The notes beneath the pieces were generated by a model. The model did not search any database. It was given only the letters and a program-made list of their open reading frames with translations, and was not told the origin of the DNA. Shown in pieces: positions 48,783-59,063 of a stretch of DNA of 64,000 nucleotides (positions are counted from its first letter, which is position 1; every line of letters starts with the position of its first letter). The translations under genes and the position numbers were made by a program. The stretch spans positions 186,001-250,000 of the IMG/VR virus record IMGVR_UViG_3300021963_000023; one strand, given 5' to 3'.

Positions 48783-51700
48783 ATGAATATATTTGATCCT
48801 CACATATCGGGCTCCCTATCAGTATCTGGTTCGGGAGAAATTTCAGGAGACTTAAGGGTACTGGGTACCATTTCTGGCTCTATTAAGGGAGACGGGTCTC
48901 AACTCTTTAATATACCCTCTAGCGGTGTTACAGGGCTCAATTTAACACGAATTGCTGATGGGGTTGCCACAGCATCCATTTCTTCAGCAAACGGCTTAAG
49001 AATTAACTCAAATACCGAAATTACGGGGACATTAAAACTTAATAAAGTAAACTTAGGTAGTAACAACATTGTTGATATTACTCTTACAGATGGGGGAGGG
49101 AAATATTTCATCAACGGAGTTAGAGCTCCAAGGTTATCCTTCATTAAGGGATTCAAATATAGATTTTATTTTAATAACAATAACGTACACCCATTACTTT
49201 TTTCTTTAACTAGCGAAGGGGAACACAATGGAGGTACAATATATACCACTGGAATAACAACCAACTCCGACCCTTTTTATGTTGAAGTTGATGTTACCGA
49301 TGCCACAGCCACAACATTCTATTATTGGTGTGACCATCACGTTGGGATGGGTAATGCTATAACAGTATATTCGGATTTTATACATGGTCAATCTAGTATT
49401 GGTCTCATTAACGTAGATACAACTGCACTTGCCACAACCGGGTCAAATAACTTTACAAATATTCAAAGAACAAGTGGGTCCTTAGTGGTGACCGGTTCCG
49501 TTGATATCACAGGTTCAATTACATTGAATGGTCAAGCAATTGGAACAGGAAAATTGGATGAAACAACATTTCAATCATATACAAGTTCAAACGATTCAAC
49601 CAACTCAACACAAAATAGTCGGTTAACATCAATCGAGTCTGCAACGAGTAGTTTGAATTCATTTACTAGTTCCATCGATAATACAATTAAAAATAAACTT
49701 AATACGGAAGCAGTTATAACTGGAAGCGTTCAAGTTTTAATAACAGGAACAACAGGATATTCCACGTTTAGCTCAAGTGTGTCTACAAGTATAGGTTCAT
49801 TATCTAGTTCAGTTGCCACCACAACAAGTGGATTATCATCTAGCATTGGTTCTTTGAGTTCTAGTGTTGATTCTTTATCCTCATCAATTGCAACAACAAC
49901 TAGTGGGTTAAGTTCTAGTGTTGCAACAACAACAAGTGGATTAAGCTCAAGTATTGGAAGTTTATCTTCGTCTTTTAGTTCCACTAATGATACTCAGAAT
50001 GGTAAATTAACAAGTATTGAAACATCAACAAGTAGTTTAAATACATTTACTAGTTCTATTGACACAACAATTAAAAATAAACTTAACACAGAAACGGTTA
50101 TATCGGGAAGTGTTCAAGTTATAATAACAGGAACAACTGGTTATTCAACATTCAGCTCAAGTATATCAACAAGTGTAGGATTATTAAGTTCGTCAGTTGC
50201 TACAACAACAAGTGGATTAAGCTCAAGTATTGGAAGTTTATCTTCATCTTTTAGTTCTACCAGTGATGCACAGAATAATAAAATTACAAGTATTGAAACA
50301 TCAACAAGTAGTTTAAATTCATATACAAGTAGTAATATTACTAACATAAATGCAATTCATACATCAACAGGTAGTTTAAATACATTTAGTTCATCAATAT
50401 TAGGTAGTATTGAACTTACTGGTTCTAATTTAACAGTTAAAGGAGATTTACTTGTTAAAGGAACAACAACACAAATCGATTCAACAACCGTAAACATTGG
50501 CGATAATATCATTCAATTAAATGGTACTGGTGCAACCAATGCGGGTATTGTTGTTAGAGATGCAACAGCACCAAATACCATTTCAGGATCATTGTTATGG
50601 GACACAACAAATGATTATTGGAAGGCTGGAATTGTAGGAAGTGAAGAAAAAATAATTCTTAATACTGAATACTCAACGTTCTCTACATCAATAGATTCTA
50701 GAGCAACTAGTTTACAAACATCAACAAGTTCTTTAAACACATATACCAGTTCTAATAATACTAACATAAGTGCTATTCACACATCAACCGGTAGTTTAAA
50801 TACATTTACATCTAGTGCTAATACTAAATTTGGTGTTATCGAAACCTCCACATCAAGTTTAAATACATTTACTTCTTCGTTATTAACGGCAATAGAGTTA
50901 ACAGGTTCTAACCTTACAGTTAGAGGTAACTTCTTGGTTAAAGGTACAACAACAAACGTTAATACAACAACGTTAGATGTTGATAATAATCTAATTAACT
51001 TAAATGGTAATGGTGCGTCATTTGCTGGTATACGAGTTAAAGATACAACAGGTCCAAATTTAATATCAGGGTCATTATTATGGGATGCAACAAATGATTA
51101 TTGGATTGCGGGTCAATTAGGTTCAGAACAAAGATTAGTAAGAGAAACAGAATTTAACAATGCCGTTACAAGAGTAGGTAATGTTGAAACTTCAACAGGT
51201 TCATTAAACTCTTTTACGAGTTCTATTAATACAACCATTAAAACAAAATTAAATACTGAAGGTGTTTTAAGTGGATCCATTCAAGTTAATCACAATACAA
51301 CAACAAATTATGTTGCAAATGAACATATAAACCATACGGCGGTTTCAATTACTGCAGGAAGTGGTTTAACTGGTGGCGGAGATATATCAACAACACGGAC
51401 AATTAATGTGGGTGCGGGTAACGGTATAACAGTAAATGCTGATGATATTGCAATTGATACATCGTCAGCAACATTTACCACGGGTGTTAAAACTAAATTA
51501 AATACTGAAGGTGTAATATCAGGTTCTGCACAAGTTACTGGATTAAGTAACGCACAATTAACAAACTCATCGTTTCATGTTGGAACAACATCAATATCAT
51601 TAGGTAGAACAAGTGCGTCTCAAACATTAACGGGAATATCAATTGATGGCACCTCAGCTTATGCCACTCAATGGGGTACTAGTGCTGGATATGCTAATTT

Positions 51701-53099
51701 TAGTTCAACTGCTATATCAAGTGGTGTAGGATGGGTTTTGGGTACTACAGGCAATGGTTATTATGCTCCTGTTTCACTTGCTAGTGTGTCTTCTTTACTA
51801 AACTTAAGTGGTACAAACACGGGTGATGAAACATTAGCGAGAGTAAATGCATTAGCAATAACCACAGTGGGCACAATTACTTCAGGTACTTGGAACGGTA
51901 CTGCAATTGGAAATGCATATTTGGCAAACTCATCTTTTCATGTTGGAACAACATCAATATCATTAGGTAGGGCATCCGCATCACAAACATTAACGGGAGT
52001 ATCGATTGATGGTAATGCCGCAACAGTAACAAACGCAACCTTCTATCGTCAGTTCACGGTAAGAGATGATAGAAGCGATGGAGGTAATTATAATTTATCA
52101 GGAAGAGCAACTGGTTTATATGCGATTGAAAGTTCAGGATCTAATGGTCCGGGTTCTGGGTATTTAAGTTTGATACACGTTGCTAATGGTACAGATGTTG
52201 CTTTCCAAATTGCGGGTGGATATACCTCTGATAATATGTATTTTAGAGGAACATCAGCATTACAAAGCGGAACTGGATATAGTGCTTGGAGAACGGTTAT
52301 TCATAGTGGTAACATTGGTTCACAAACAGTATCAAACGTATCTGGAACGGTTGCAATTGCTAATGGTGGAACAGCAGCAACAGACGCAACAACAGCAAGA
52401 ACAAATTTAGGTTTAGCAATTGGTACAAACGTTTTAGCATATAGAACATTTGGAACTGCGGCAAATAGTGCAACAGGAGATTTTGCAACAGCAGCACAAG
52501 GAACAACCGCAGATGCCGCATTAGCTAGATCGGGTGGAACCATGACGGGTAATTTACTATTCTCTAACAAGGGTATTAACATGAAGAGAGATAGTGGTGC
52601 GAATACAGGTATATCTTGGTATTCTACATCATATTCAGCGTGGTGTGATTATATGTCACCAGCAGCGACGACAGGTTGTGGCCCGAATGGTAATATTACC
52701 GCACCAGCAGGAACATATGTAACTTCGTGGGGATTAAGACGGTTTATTGAGGATAACGCGGGATTTGGTTGGACTTGGGAATCAGGAACATCAACTCAAG
52801 TAACACCAACTATTAAAGCAGAATTAAGAGCATCTGATGGTTTATTTAGTGTTGCTGGTGCAATGTATTCTGCGGGTAGTGTTGTGAAAACTGTTGCTAA
52901 CTCATCATATTCAACATCATTTAGTAGTGTATCATCAGTAACAGTTACACATAGTTTAGGAACAAAAGACGTGGCAGTATTTGTTTATGACAGTTCAGAT
53001 AATATGTTCTGGCCATCATCAATCGTTACAACAAGCACATCGGTGGTTACAATAACTTTTTCATCTTCTAGATCAGGTAGGGTTGTAGTTGTAAGATAA
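48783..53099 (+). CDS. Long tail fibre with cupredoxin-like insert
   Basis: Shared fibre modules and Ser-rich repeats, an insert 'HPLLFS...YYWCDHHVGMG', and a C-terminal 'VTHSLG.KDV.V.VYD' domain. Confidence 0.8.
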   Translation: MNIFDPHISGSLSVSGSGEISGDLRVLGTISGSIKGDGSQLFNIPSSGVTGLNLTRIADGVATASISSANGLRINSNTEITGTLKLNKVNLGSNNIVDITLTDGGGKYFINGVRAPRLSFIKGFKYRFYFNNNNVHPLLFSLTSEGEHNGGTIYTTGITTNSDPFYVEVDVTDATATTFYYWCDHHVGMGNAITVYSDFIHGQSSIGLINVDTTALATTGSNNFTNIQRTSGSLVVTGSVDITGSITLNGQAIGTGKLDETTFQSYTSSNDSTNSTQNSRLTSIESATSSLNSFTSSIDNTIKNKLNTEAVITGSVQVLITGTTGYSTFSSSVSTSIGSLSSSVATTTSGLSSSIGSLSSSVDSLSSSIATTTSGLSSSVATTTSGLSSSIGSLSSSFSSTNDTQNGKLTSIETSTSSLNTFTSSIDTTIKNKLNTETVISGSVQVIITGTTGYSTFSSSISTSVGLLSSSVATTTSGLSSSIGSLSSSFSSTSDAQNNKITSIETSTSSLNSYTSSNITNINAIHTSTGSLNTFSSSILGSIELTGSNLTVKGDLLVKGTTTQIDSTTVNIGDNIIQLNGTGATNAGIVVRDATAPNTISGSLLWDTTNDYWKAGIVGSEEKIILNTEYSTFSTSIDSRATSLQTSTSSLNTYTSSNNTNISAIHTSTGSLNTFTSSANTKFGVIETSTSSLNTFTSSLLTAIELTGSNLTVRGNFLVKGTTTNVNTTTLDVDNNLINLNGNGASFAGIRVKDTTGPNLISGSLLWDATNDYWIAGQLGSEQRLVRETEFNNAVTRVGNVETSTGSLNSFTSSINTTIKTKLNTEGVLSGSIQVNHNTTTNYVANEHINHTAVSITAGSGLTGGGDISTTRTINVGAGNGITVNADDIAIDTSSATFTTGVKTKLNTEGVISGSAQVTGLSNAQLTNSSFHVGTTSISLGRTSASQTLTGISIDGTSAYATQWGTSAGYANFSSTAISSGVGWVLGTTGNGYYAPVSLASVSSLLNLSGTNTGDETLARVNALAITTVGTITSGTWNGTAIGNAYLANSSFHVGTTSISLGRASASQTLTGVSIDGNAATVTNATFYRQFTVRDDRSDGGNYNLSGRATGLYAIESSGSNGPGSGYLSLIHVANGTDVAFQIAGGYTSDNMYFRGTSALQSGTGYSAWRTVIHSGNIGSQTVSNVSGTVAIANGGTAATDATTARTNLGLAIGTNVLAYRTFGTAANSATGDFATAAQGTTADAALARSGGTMTGNLLFSNKGINMKRDSGANTGISWYSTSYSAWCDYMSPAATTGCGPNGNITAPAGTYVTSWGLRRFIEDNAGFGWTWESGTSTQVTPTIKAELRASDGLFSVAGAMYSAGSVVKTVANSSYSTSFSSVSSVTVTHSLGTKDVAVFVYDSSDNMFWPSSIVTTSTSVVTITFSSSRSGRVVVVR

Positions 53100-53118
53100 A
53101 ATCCGTATATTATATAAT

Positions 53119-54258
53119 ATGTTAAGAGAAAATGTAGAAGTTAGTGGGTCCTTAAATGTTAGTGGACAATATATTATACCAAGAGGGCCACGAGCAAATA
53201 GGCCATCTAGTCCTGATATTGGATCATTATATTTGGAAGAATCTACTAGTGGTAGTTTTGTTGTAACATACACAGCCTCATCAAATTATGACGATGGGTG
53301 GGAACCTGTCGGTTCGCAAAACACAGATAGAACTGGGTTCAAATATAGACAGGTTATTAATTACTCATACTTAGCTGGTGGTTATAAATCCGCATCACCA
53401 TGGAAGAACGTTCATAGAACAACCAATTCAACAGATCAAACGGTTCACTTAGGGGAATTATTGGATTACCCCGCATCATATACCTCCGGAGCGTGTAGTA
53501 AAAGTATTTTATTTCTTTGGTCAACAAATACCGATGGAGCATTTAAAGGAGATAATACTATTCATTCAACTTGGACCAGTGGTGTTAATATGGTAAATGA
53601 AACATCATATGCACACCAATCAAAATGGGATTTGGCAAATGCGAGAGATGACTGTGGTACTTTACATCAAGAAACAGAATTTGCTTGGATATTTGGTGCT
53701 GGGGTTGCTGCAGTTGAGAAGTTCAATTTAACAAACGAAACAATGTATAGTGTTTATTACCAAGCGGGTGTCCCATACATTACAACAACATCATCAATCA
53801 CGGGTAGTGGCCCTTCTGGTGCATCAGGATTTTCAGATGAGAATTATGGTTATGGATGGACACAACAAAGTGGTACAAAACTATTCTTCGCAAATGATAC
53901 ATTCACAAATAATCAGCAGTGGGGTGCGAGTGGTCAACAAAAAGGTATTAGTTCAAAGGTGGGTAAAGGTTATGCGGGAAATGAAGGAACATATAATGGG
54001 GGTTATAATTTAAGAAGATGGAATGTTTTTACTGAAACTAATTTAGGTAATGTTTCAAAACCTCACGGTAACTGTGGTGAAGAAAACTTTACAATGGGAC
54101 AAGATCATCAATATATGTTAGGTTGTTATGACGGTGCACAGGTAAATACTAGTTGGAAATTTGGTTACACTACGGATACTGGTACAGTAAACCCTAGTGG
54201 TTTGGCGCCAGGAGTAAATGGTGGAACATCATCAGGTCATTGCGGTTGGAGAACATAA
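53119..54258 (+). CDS. Beta-propeller-like (Kelch-like) virion protein, paralogue 1 of 3
   Basis: N-terminal 'SGSL...RP.SP..GSLYLE' fibre-type segment, repeated 'YLAGGY / WIFGAG..VEKF / GYAG' blades, and the ending SSGHCGWRT. Confidence 0.6.
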   Translation: MLRENVEVSGSLNVSGQYIIPRGPRANRPSSPDIGSLYLEESTSGSFVVTYTASSNYDDGWEPVGSQNTDRTGFKYRQVINYSYLAGGYKSASPWKNVHRTTNSTDQTVHLGELLDYPASYTSGACSKSILFLWSTNTDGAFKGDNTIHSTWTSGVNMVNETSYAHQSKWDLANARDDCGTLHQETEFAWIFGAGVAAVEKFNLTNETMYSVYYQAGVPYITTTSSITGSGPSGASGFSDENYGYGWTQQSGTKLFFANDTFTNNQQWGASGQQKGISSKVGKGYAGNEGTYNGGYNLRRWNVFTETNLGNVSKPHGNCGEENFTMGQDHQYMLGCYDGAQVNTSWKFGYTTDTGTVNPSGLAPGVNGGTSSGHCGWRT

Positions 54259-54276
54259 AATTTATATTTATAAGAT

Positions 54277-55383
54277 ATGCTACACGAAAATATTGAAATT
54301 AGTGGGTCCCTAAAAGCACAAGGCGTGATAAAATCACCAATTGGAACACGGGCAAATAGACCGAGCAGTCCACAAACTGGTTCACTTTATCTAGAACAGG
54401 CAACTAGTGGTAGTTTTTTAATGGTTTATATTGGTGTAAGTAACAACGATAGTGGTTGGGTTAGAGTATCGTCTCAGGTAAATGCTAATGTTGGGTTTAA
54501 ATTCAGACAAATTATTAACTATTCATACCTAGCCGGTGGATATAAAGATTCATCACCATGGAAGAATGTTCATAGAACAATAAATGCAACGGATCAAACA
54601 ACACATTTAGGTGAGTTGTTGGACTATCCAGCATCATACACATCTGGAGCTTGTAGTAGGTATATCTTATTTATATGGTCAGTCAATACGGATAATGTGT
54701 GGAAATCTGCATCAGATATACACGGAACAACAACCGCGGCGGTTAATATGACCAATGAAACAAAGTACGCACATAATGTAAAGTTTAATATAACAAACAT
54801 AAGGTCAGATTGTGGTACCATGCATAAAGAAACCGCCACCGCCTACATTTTTAGTGGAGGTAATGCAACCGTTGAAAAATTCGATTTGAATACAGAAACA
54901 ATTGCCACCGGTTTTAATTTAACAACAATAACCGGTAACGATGGTGGTAGTGCATTCTCCGATGAAAATTTTGGATATGGATGGACAAGTAGTGAAGGTG
55001 TTAAAATGAGTTTTGCAACAGAAACATTCAGCTCAAGTGGAATGTGGGGAAACCACTCACAACAAAAAGGAATTAGTTCAAAAGTTGGTAAGGGTTACGC
55101 GGGTGCCGATGGTTCTTATAATGGTGGATATGCTTTAAGAAGATGGAGCAACGCTAACGATACTAATATTGGTAACGTTGCTAAACCACATGGCAACTGT
55201 GGAGAAGAAAATTTTACAATGGGGCAAGATCATCAATACATGTTAGGTAATTATGATGGTGCACAAAATAATACAAGTTGGAAATTTAGTTACACAACAG
55301 ACACAGGAACAGTAAACCCTAGTGGTTTAGCTCCTGGTGTTAATGGTGGAACGTCATCCGGACATTGTGGATGGAGAGGATAA
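54277..55383 (+). CDS. Beta-propeller-like protein, paralogue 2 of 3
   Basis: Collinear with 53119. Ends SSGHCGWRG. Confidence 0.6.
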   Translation: MLHENIEISGSLKAQGVIKSPIGTRANRPSSPQTGSLYLEQATSGSFLMVYIGVSNNDSGWVRVSSQVNANVGFKFRQIINYSYLAGGYKDSSPWKNVHRTINATDQTTHLGELLDYPASYTSGACSRYILFIWSVNTDNVWKSASDIHGTTTAAVNMTNETKYAHNVKFNITNIRSDCGTMHKETATAYIFSGGNATVEKFDLNTETIATGFNLTTITGNDGGSAFSDENFGYGWTSSEGVKMSFATETFSSSGMWGNHSQQKGISSKVGKGYAGADGSYNGGYALRRWSNANDTNIGNVAKPHGNCGEENFTMGQDHQYMLGNYDGAQNNTSWKFSYTTDTGTVNPSGLAPGVNGGTSSGHCGWRG

Positions 55384-55396
55384 AACTAATTAAAAT

Positions 55397-56506
55397 ATGA
55401 TATACGAGAATTTAGAAATTAGTGGAAGTTTAACATCAGATCGTGTAGTTAATAGACCACCTAAAGGCGTTAGAGCAAGTAGACCTGGTTCACCATTATC
55501 TGGTTCTTTATATTTGGAAGAATCTACTAGTGGTAGCTTTTTAATGTTATATACCGGAGTATCAAATATTGATAACGGATGGGAAAGAATTGCAGCACAA
55601 GAAACCATCCCAATAGCATTTAAATATAGACAAGTTTTATCATATTCGTACTTAGCCGGTGGTTATAAAGATTCATCACCGTGGAGAAACGTACATAAAA
55701 CAACAAACTCAACGAATCAAACAACACACGTTGGTGAATTATTAGATTATCCAGCGTCTTATACATCCGGTGCTTGTAATAAAACAATATTGTTTATTTG
55801 GTCAGTAAATGATGATGGGGCATGGAAAGGTCCAGATAGTATTCATGGGACTCGGACATCAGCAATTAATTTGTTTAACGATACAAACTATGCTCATCAA
55901 GCTAAATTTAACACAGGTATTGCTAGAAGTGACGTTGCCACTATGCAAAAAGAAACGGAGTTCGCCTATCTAATTTCAGGTGGATCGACAACCATTGAAA
56001 AATTTAATCTATCTAACGAAAGTTATGTAAGTGGATTTGGTGTAACGTCAATAAATGGTAATGATGGTGGAGCCGCATTCTTTGACGAAAGTTTTGGATA
56101 TGCTTGGACAAATAGTGGAGGTATCAAGTTTAATTTTTCAAATGAAACTCCCTCATCGTCAACACAATGGGGAGCACACGCTCAACAAAAAGGAATTAGT
56201 TCTAAGGTTGGAAAAGGATATGCGGGGAATGAAGGTTCATATAATGGGGGTTACAACTTAAGAAGATGGAGTAACTCTACCGATACAAATATTGGTAATG
56301 TTGCAAAGCCACATGCCAACTGTGGTGAAGAAAACTTCGCATTAGGACAAGACTGGCAATATATGTTAGGAAATTATGATGGAACAGGACAAAACAATAC
56401 GTCTTGGATAATGGTTTATGCAACCGACACAGGTTCAAATGCCATTACGGGATTAGCACCACGGGTTAACGCTGGGACATCATCTGGACATTGTGGTTGG
56501 AGATAA
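55397..56506 (+). CDS. Beta-propeller-like protein, paralogue 3 of 3
   Basis: Collinear with 53119. Ends SSGHCGWR. Confidence 0.6.
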   Translation: MIYENLEISGSLTSDRVVNRPPKGVRASRPGSPLSGSLYLEESTSGSFLMLYTGVSNIDNGWERIAAQETIPIAFKYRQVLSYSYLAGGYKDSSPWRNVHKTTNSTNQTTHVGELLDYPASYTSGACNKTILFIWSVNDDGAWKGPDSIHGTRTSAINLFNDTNYAHQAKFNTGIARSDVATMQKETEFAYLISGGSTTIEKFNLSNESYVSGFGVTSINGNDGGAAFFDESFGYAWTNSGGIKFNFSNETPSSSTQWGAHAQQKGISSKVGKGYAGNEGSYNGGYNLRRWSNSTDTNIGNVAKPHANCGEENFALGQDWQYMLGNYDGTGQNNTSWIMVYATDTGSNAITGLAPRVNAGTSSGHCGWR

Positions 56507-56509
56507 CAT

Positions 56510-56538
56510 TTGACTTTATGAATATTTTTAAGTATATT
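56510..56538 (+). promoter_or_regulatory. sigma70-like promoter TTGACT-N17-TATATT
   Basis: -35 at 56510-56515, -10 at 56533-56538. Confidence 0.7.
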
Positions 56539-56557
56539 AGATGAAAACAAATTAATT

Positions 56558-57322
56558 ATGGAACAAGGTTACAAATATGATAGATCAAATTTTATCAATA
56601 ACCCATTTGATGAAAAACTAATGCAAATTTCTGAAAGTATGTCTTTTGCATTACCAAAATATAAAGCATATAACTTTGTGGGTGGAGCACAAATCACACC
56701 TTACGCGAGGTTAAAACAATGGTTATTAGAACTAAGAGGTAGAGAAGATGCTGTAGAGCATTTGGAATATACCGTTAGAAAGATGGAACTTGAAATCCAA
56801 ATGGATGAGGAAAGTAAAGAATTCATAACTGACCCCAAAAGAAAGGAAATGGTTAATATAACCATTGCTGATAAAATGATTGATTTAAGAAAGTTTAATA
56901 GAAATCTTAAAGATGCATATAGAGAAAGACAAGGGTTTATTGATTTGATAAAAGAATTCTTGGAATCTGATCAGGCGATTTTACCTAACGGAACGAAATT
57001 AATTGATGTATTTGGAAATCCCGAATTAGAAGAAAAATATGAACATGAATACTGGACCGTTCGTATGGCAAAGCAAGCTATGCTAGATATGATTTCATAT
57101 GGTAGAATTGGTACTGGTAATTTAGATTCGATTCTTATGATGGACCCAGAACAACAAAAACAAGTGCTAGCATTAGCATCCGCATATACTATCTCAACCG
57201 ATAAAAATATAAACCAATTAATGACAGAAGCAACAACAAACAATTTTACAATTGAAGAGTCATTAAAAAATCAGTTAAGATTAAGTGAACCAAATAAAAC
57301 AGAAACAGAAAAATTATTATAA
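56558..57322 (+). CDS. Hypothetical coiled-coil protein
   Basis: 254 aa, helical and charged, with 'QITPYARLKQWLLEL..R' and 'YW..R.AKQA.LD.ISYGRIGTGN'. Ends ETEKLL. Confidence 0.65.
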   Translation: MEQGYKYDRSNFINNPFDEKLMQISESMSFALPKYKAYNFVGGAQITPYARLKQWLLELRGREDAVEHLEYTVRKMELEIQMDEESKEFITDPKRKEMVNITIADKMIDLRKFNRNLKDAYRERQGFIDLIKEFLESDQAILPNGTKLIDVFGNPELEEKYEHEYWTVRMAKQAMLDMISYGRIGTGNLDSILMMDPEQQKQVLALASAYTISTDKNINQLMTEATTNNFTIEESLKNQLRLSEPNKTETEKLL

Positions 57323-58062
57323 TGACACATATTCTTTTTAAAGTACAGGGAGACGTTCCAGGTTACATACAAGTAGTTGGGATGTATTTAAATTACAATT
57401 ATGGTAGAATTGCTGACGAGTACAACGATATGAGAGTTGAGTTGAATAAACTTGGGGCAATAGTTATACCAGAAATTGTGGCTAAAGGCTTTGTTTTTGC
57501 TGACATATATAAAGATTATATTAGCGTTAGAACAAACTCGCATATTATGGACGAAATTCCTCAGTTAGCCGAATCTAGTGAGTCTGAAGAAGAAAAAGTA
57601 AAATATTTTCTTAATGAGGATGACAAACTATCAGCTGTACTTTTTAATAAAGCTGCAATGAGAAAAGTTGTTGCTGATAGATTTTCAGAAAGATATAAAG
57701 AGTTAATGGTTGATGCTTCTATACTAGAAAAAGATACTTGGGAAGAACAGAAAAGAGAAGCGTTTGGTTGGACAGCTGACGAAGATTATCAAACTCCGAT
57801 CATAGATATTTTATGTGCGGGTAGAAATATAGATAAAACATTATTTGTACAAAAGATAATTAACAATGTTACAGCATATAATGTTAAATTAGCAAATCTA
57901 TTATTAGAACAACAACTATTAGAAGAAAGAATTAAGGCGTGTGTAAACATCGCAGATTGCCACAGACTTAAGCACGAAAAATTTGGTGTTGCATTGAGCA
58001 AACAACAAAGGGAAGATGAAAATATTCCAACAACACCTCTCACATTGAAAATGGATTTTTAA
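57322..58062 (+). CDS. Hypothetical protein (possible assembly chaperone)
   Basis: 246 aa, coupled on both sides. The 'E.DTW..Q..EA..W....TP.ID' pattern is reminiscent of fibre-assembly proteins. Confidence 0.55.
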   Translation: MTHILFKVQGDVPGYIQVVGMYLNYNYGRIADEYNDMRVELNKLGAIVIPEIVAKGFVFADIYKDYISVRTNSHIMDEIPQLAESSESEEEKVKYFLNEDDKLSAVLFNKAAMRKVVADRFSERYKELMVDASILEKDTWEEQKREAFGWTADEDYQTPIIDILCAGRNIDKTLFVQKIINNVTAYNVKLANLLLEQQLLEERIKACVNIADCHRLKHEKFGVALSKQQREDENIPTTPLTLKMDF

Positions 58063-59063
58063 TGAATTTAGCTATTAACGGGACGTGTGCCAAAGGATGC
58101 TCATTTTGTTTCACAAAAGAAGACGCAAGACTAAAACACACACTCGGAGAAATGGATATAAACATGGTCGATAAAGTTATCGACCATTTTCATCTAAACA
58201 ACTCCAACGAAGAAATCACAATACTCGGAGGTGAACCAACACAACATTCTAATTTTATTGGGATAATGGATCACATTTTCTCTAGAGGTTATAAGGTAAA
58301 TCTAGTTAGTAATTTTCTTTTTGGTAAAACAACCAGAGATTATATTATAGATAATATTAAAAACATTAGATGGGCCTTTCCTAATGCCGCGGAACTCAAT
58401 GAGAAAAACCGAATGGTTGTTTTTAAAAAGAACTATTTAGAAATCTATAAGGCTTATGCTAACACATGGGGATTCGATAACCACCCAAGATTATATTTGG
58501 CACTAACAATGTCAAGTGATTGGAAAGATAGAAATTTTTATGAATATATCAAATGGTTATACCACGAGTTAGATGGTAATATAAACGCCATAAGACTAGG
58601 TTTAGACCTTACTGGAACATATCTTATCAACAATAAAGAGATGGGCGTTGAGATGACCAAAATACTTAAATTTGGACGTTATAATGAGATTAAAATAACA
58701 TCAGATTGTCAAGTTCCGCCATGTCTTTGGGAGGGTAAAACAAAAGGGGCTGTGATGGAAAATTCATTAAACTTTGCTACGTTTAAAATACCTGAATATG
58801 AAACAATATGTGGGTTTATGCCATTGGATATATTCCCAGATGGTAGTTCTATTCATTGTTATCCATTAGAAGATAAAGTAAAGATCAATAATGTTTTGGA
58901 AATATCGGGAGAAAATGGTATATTAGGTCTTAGAGAAGAGTTCGATAAACTTTATATAGAAAACCATAAAAATTATTCAATACCACAAGGATGTTTAGAT
59001 TGTGTTTTTTACAAGACAGAATGTAATGGAATTTGTGGTGGTTGTTTAGAGGGAACCAAATGA
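58062..59063 (+). CDS. Radical SAM enzyme with C-terminal SPASM domain
   Basis: CAKGCSFC and LGGEPT, with C-terminal CG...PDGS..HC...CLDC...C.G.C.GC. Confidence 0.9.
   Translation: MNLAINGTCAKGCSFCFTKEDARLKHTLGEMDINMVDKVIDHFHLNNSNEEITILGGEPTQHSNFIGIMDHIFSRGYKVNLVSNFLFGKTTRDYIIDNIKNIRWAFPNAAELNEKNRMVVFKKNYLEIYKAYANTWGFDNHPRLYLALTMSSDWKDRNFYEYIKWLYHELDGNINAIRLGLDLTGTYLINNKEMGVEMTKILKFGRYNEIKITSDCQVPPCLWEGKTKGAVMENSLNFATFKIPEYETICGFMPLDIFPDGSSIHCYPLEDKVKINNVLEISGENGILGLREEFDKLYIENHKNYSIPQGCLDCVFYKTECNGICGGCLEGTK

Noticed and set aside
53083-53111. Possible promoter TTGTAG-N17-TATATT before the first propeller gene
   Set aside because: The -35 match is weak and lies inside the upstream coding sequence, so it is not listed as a feature.
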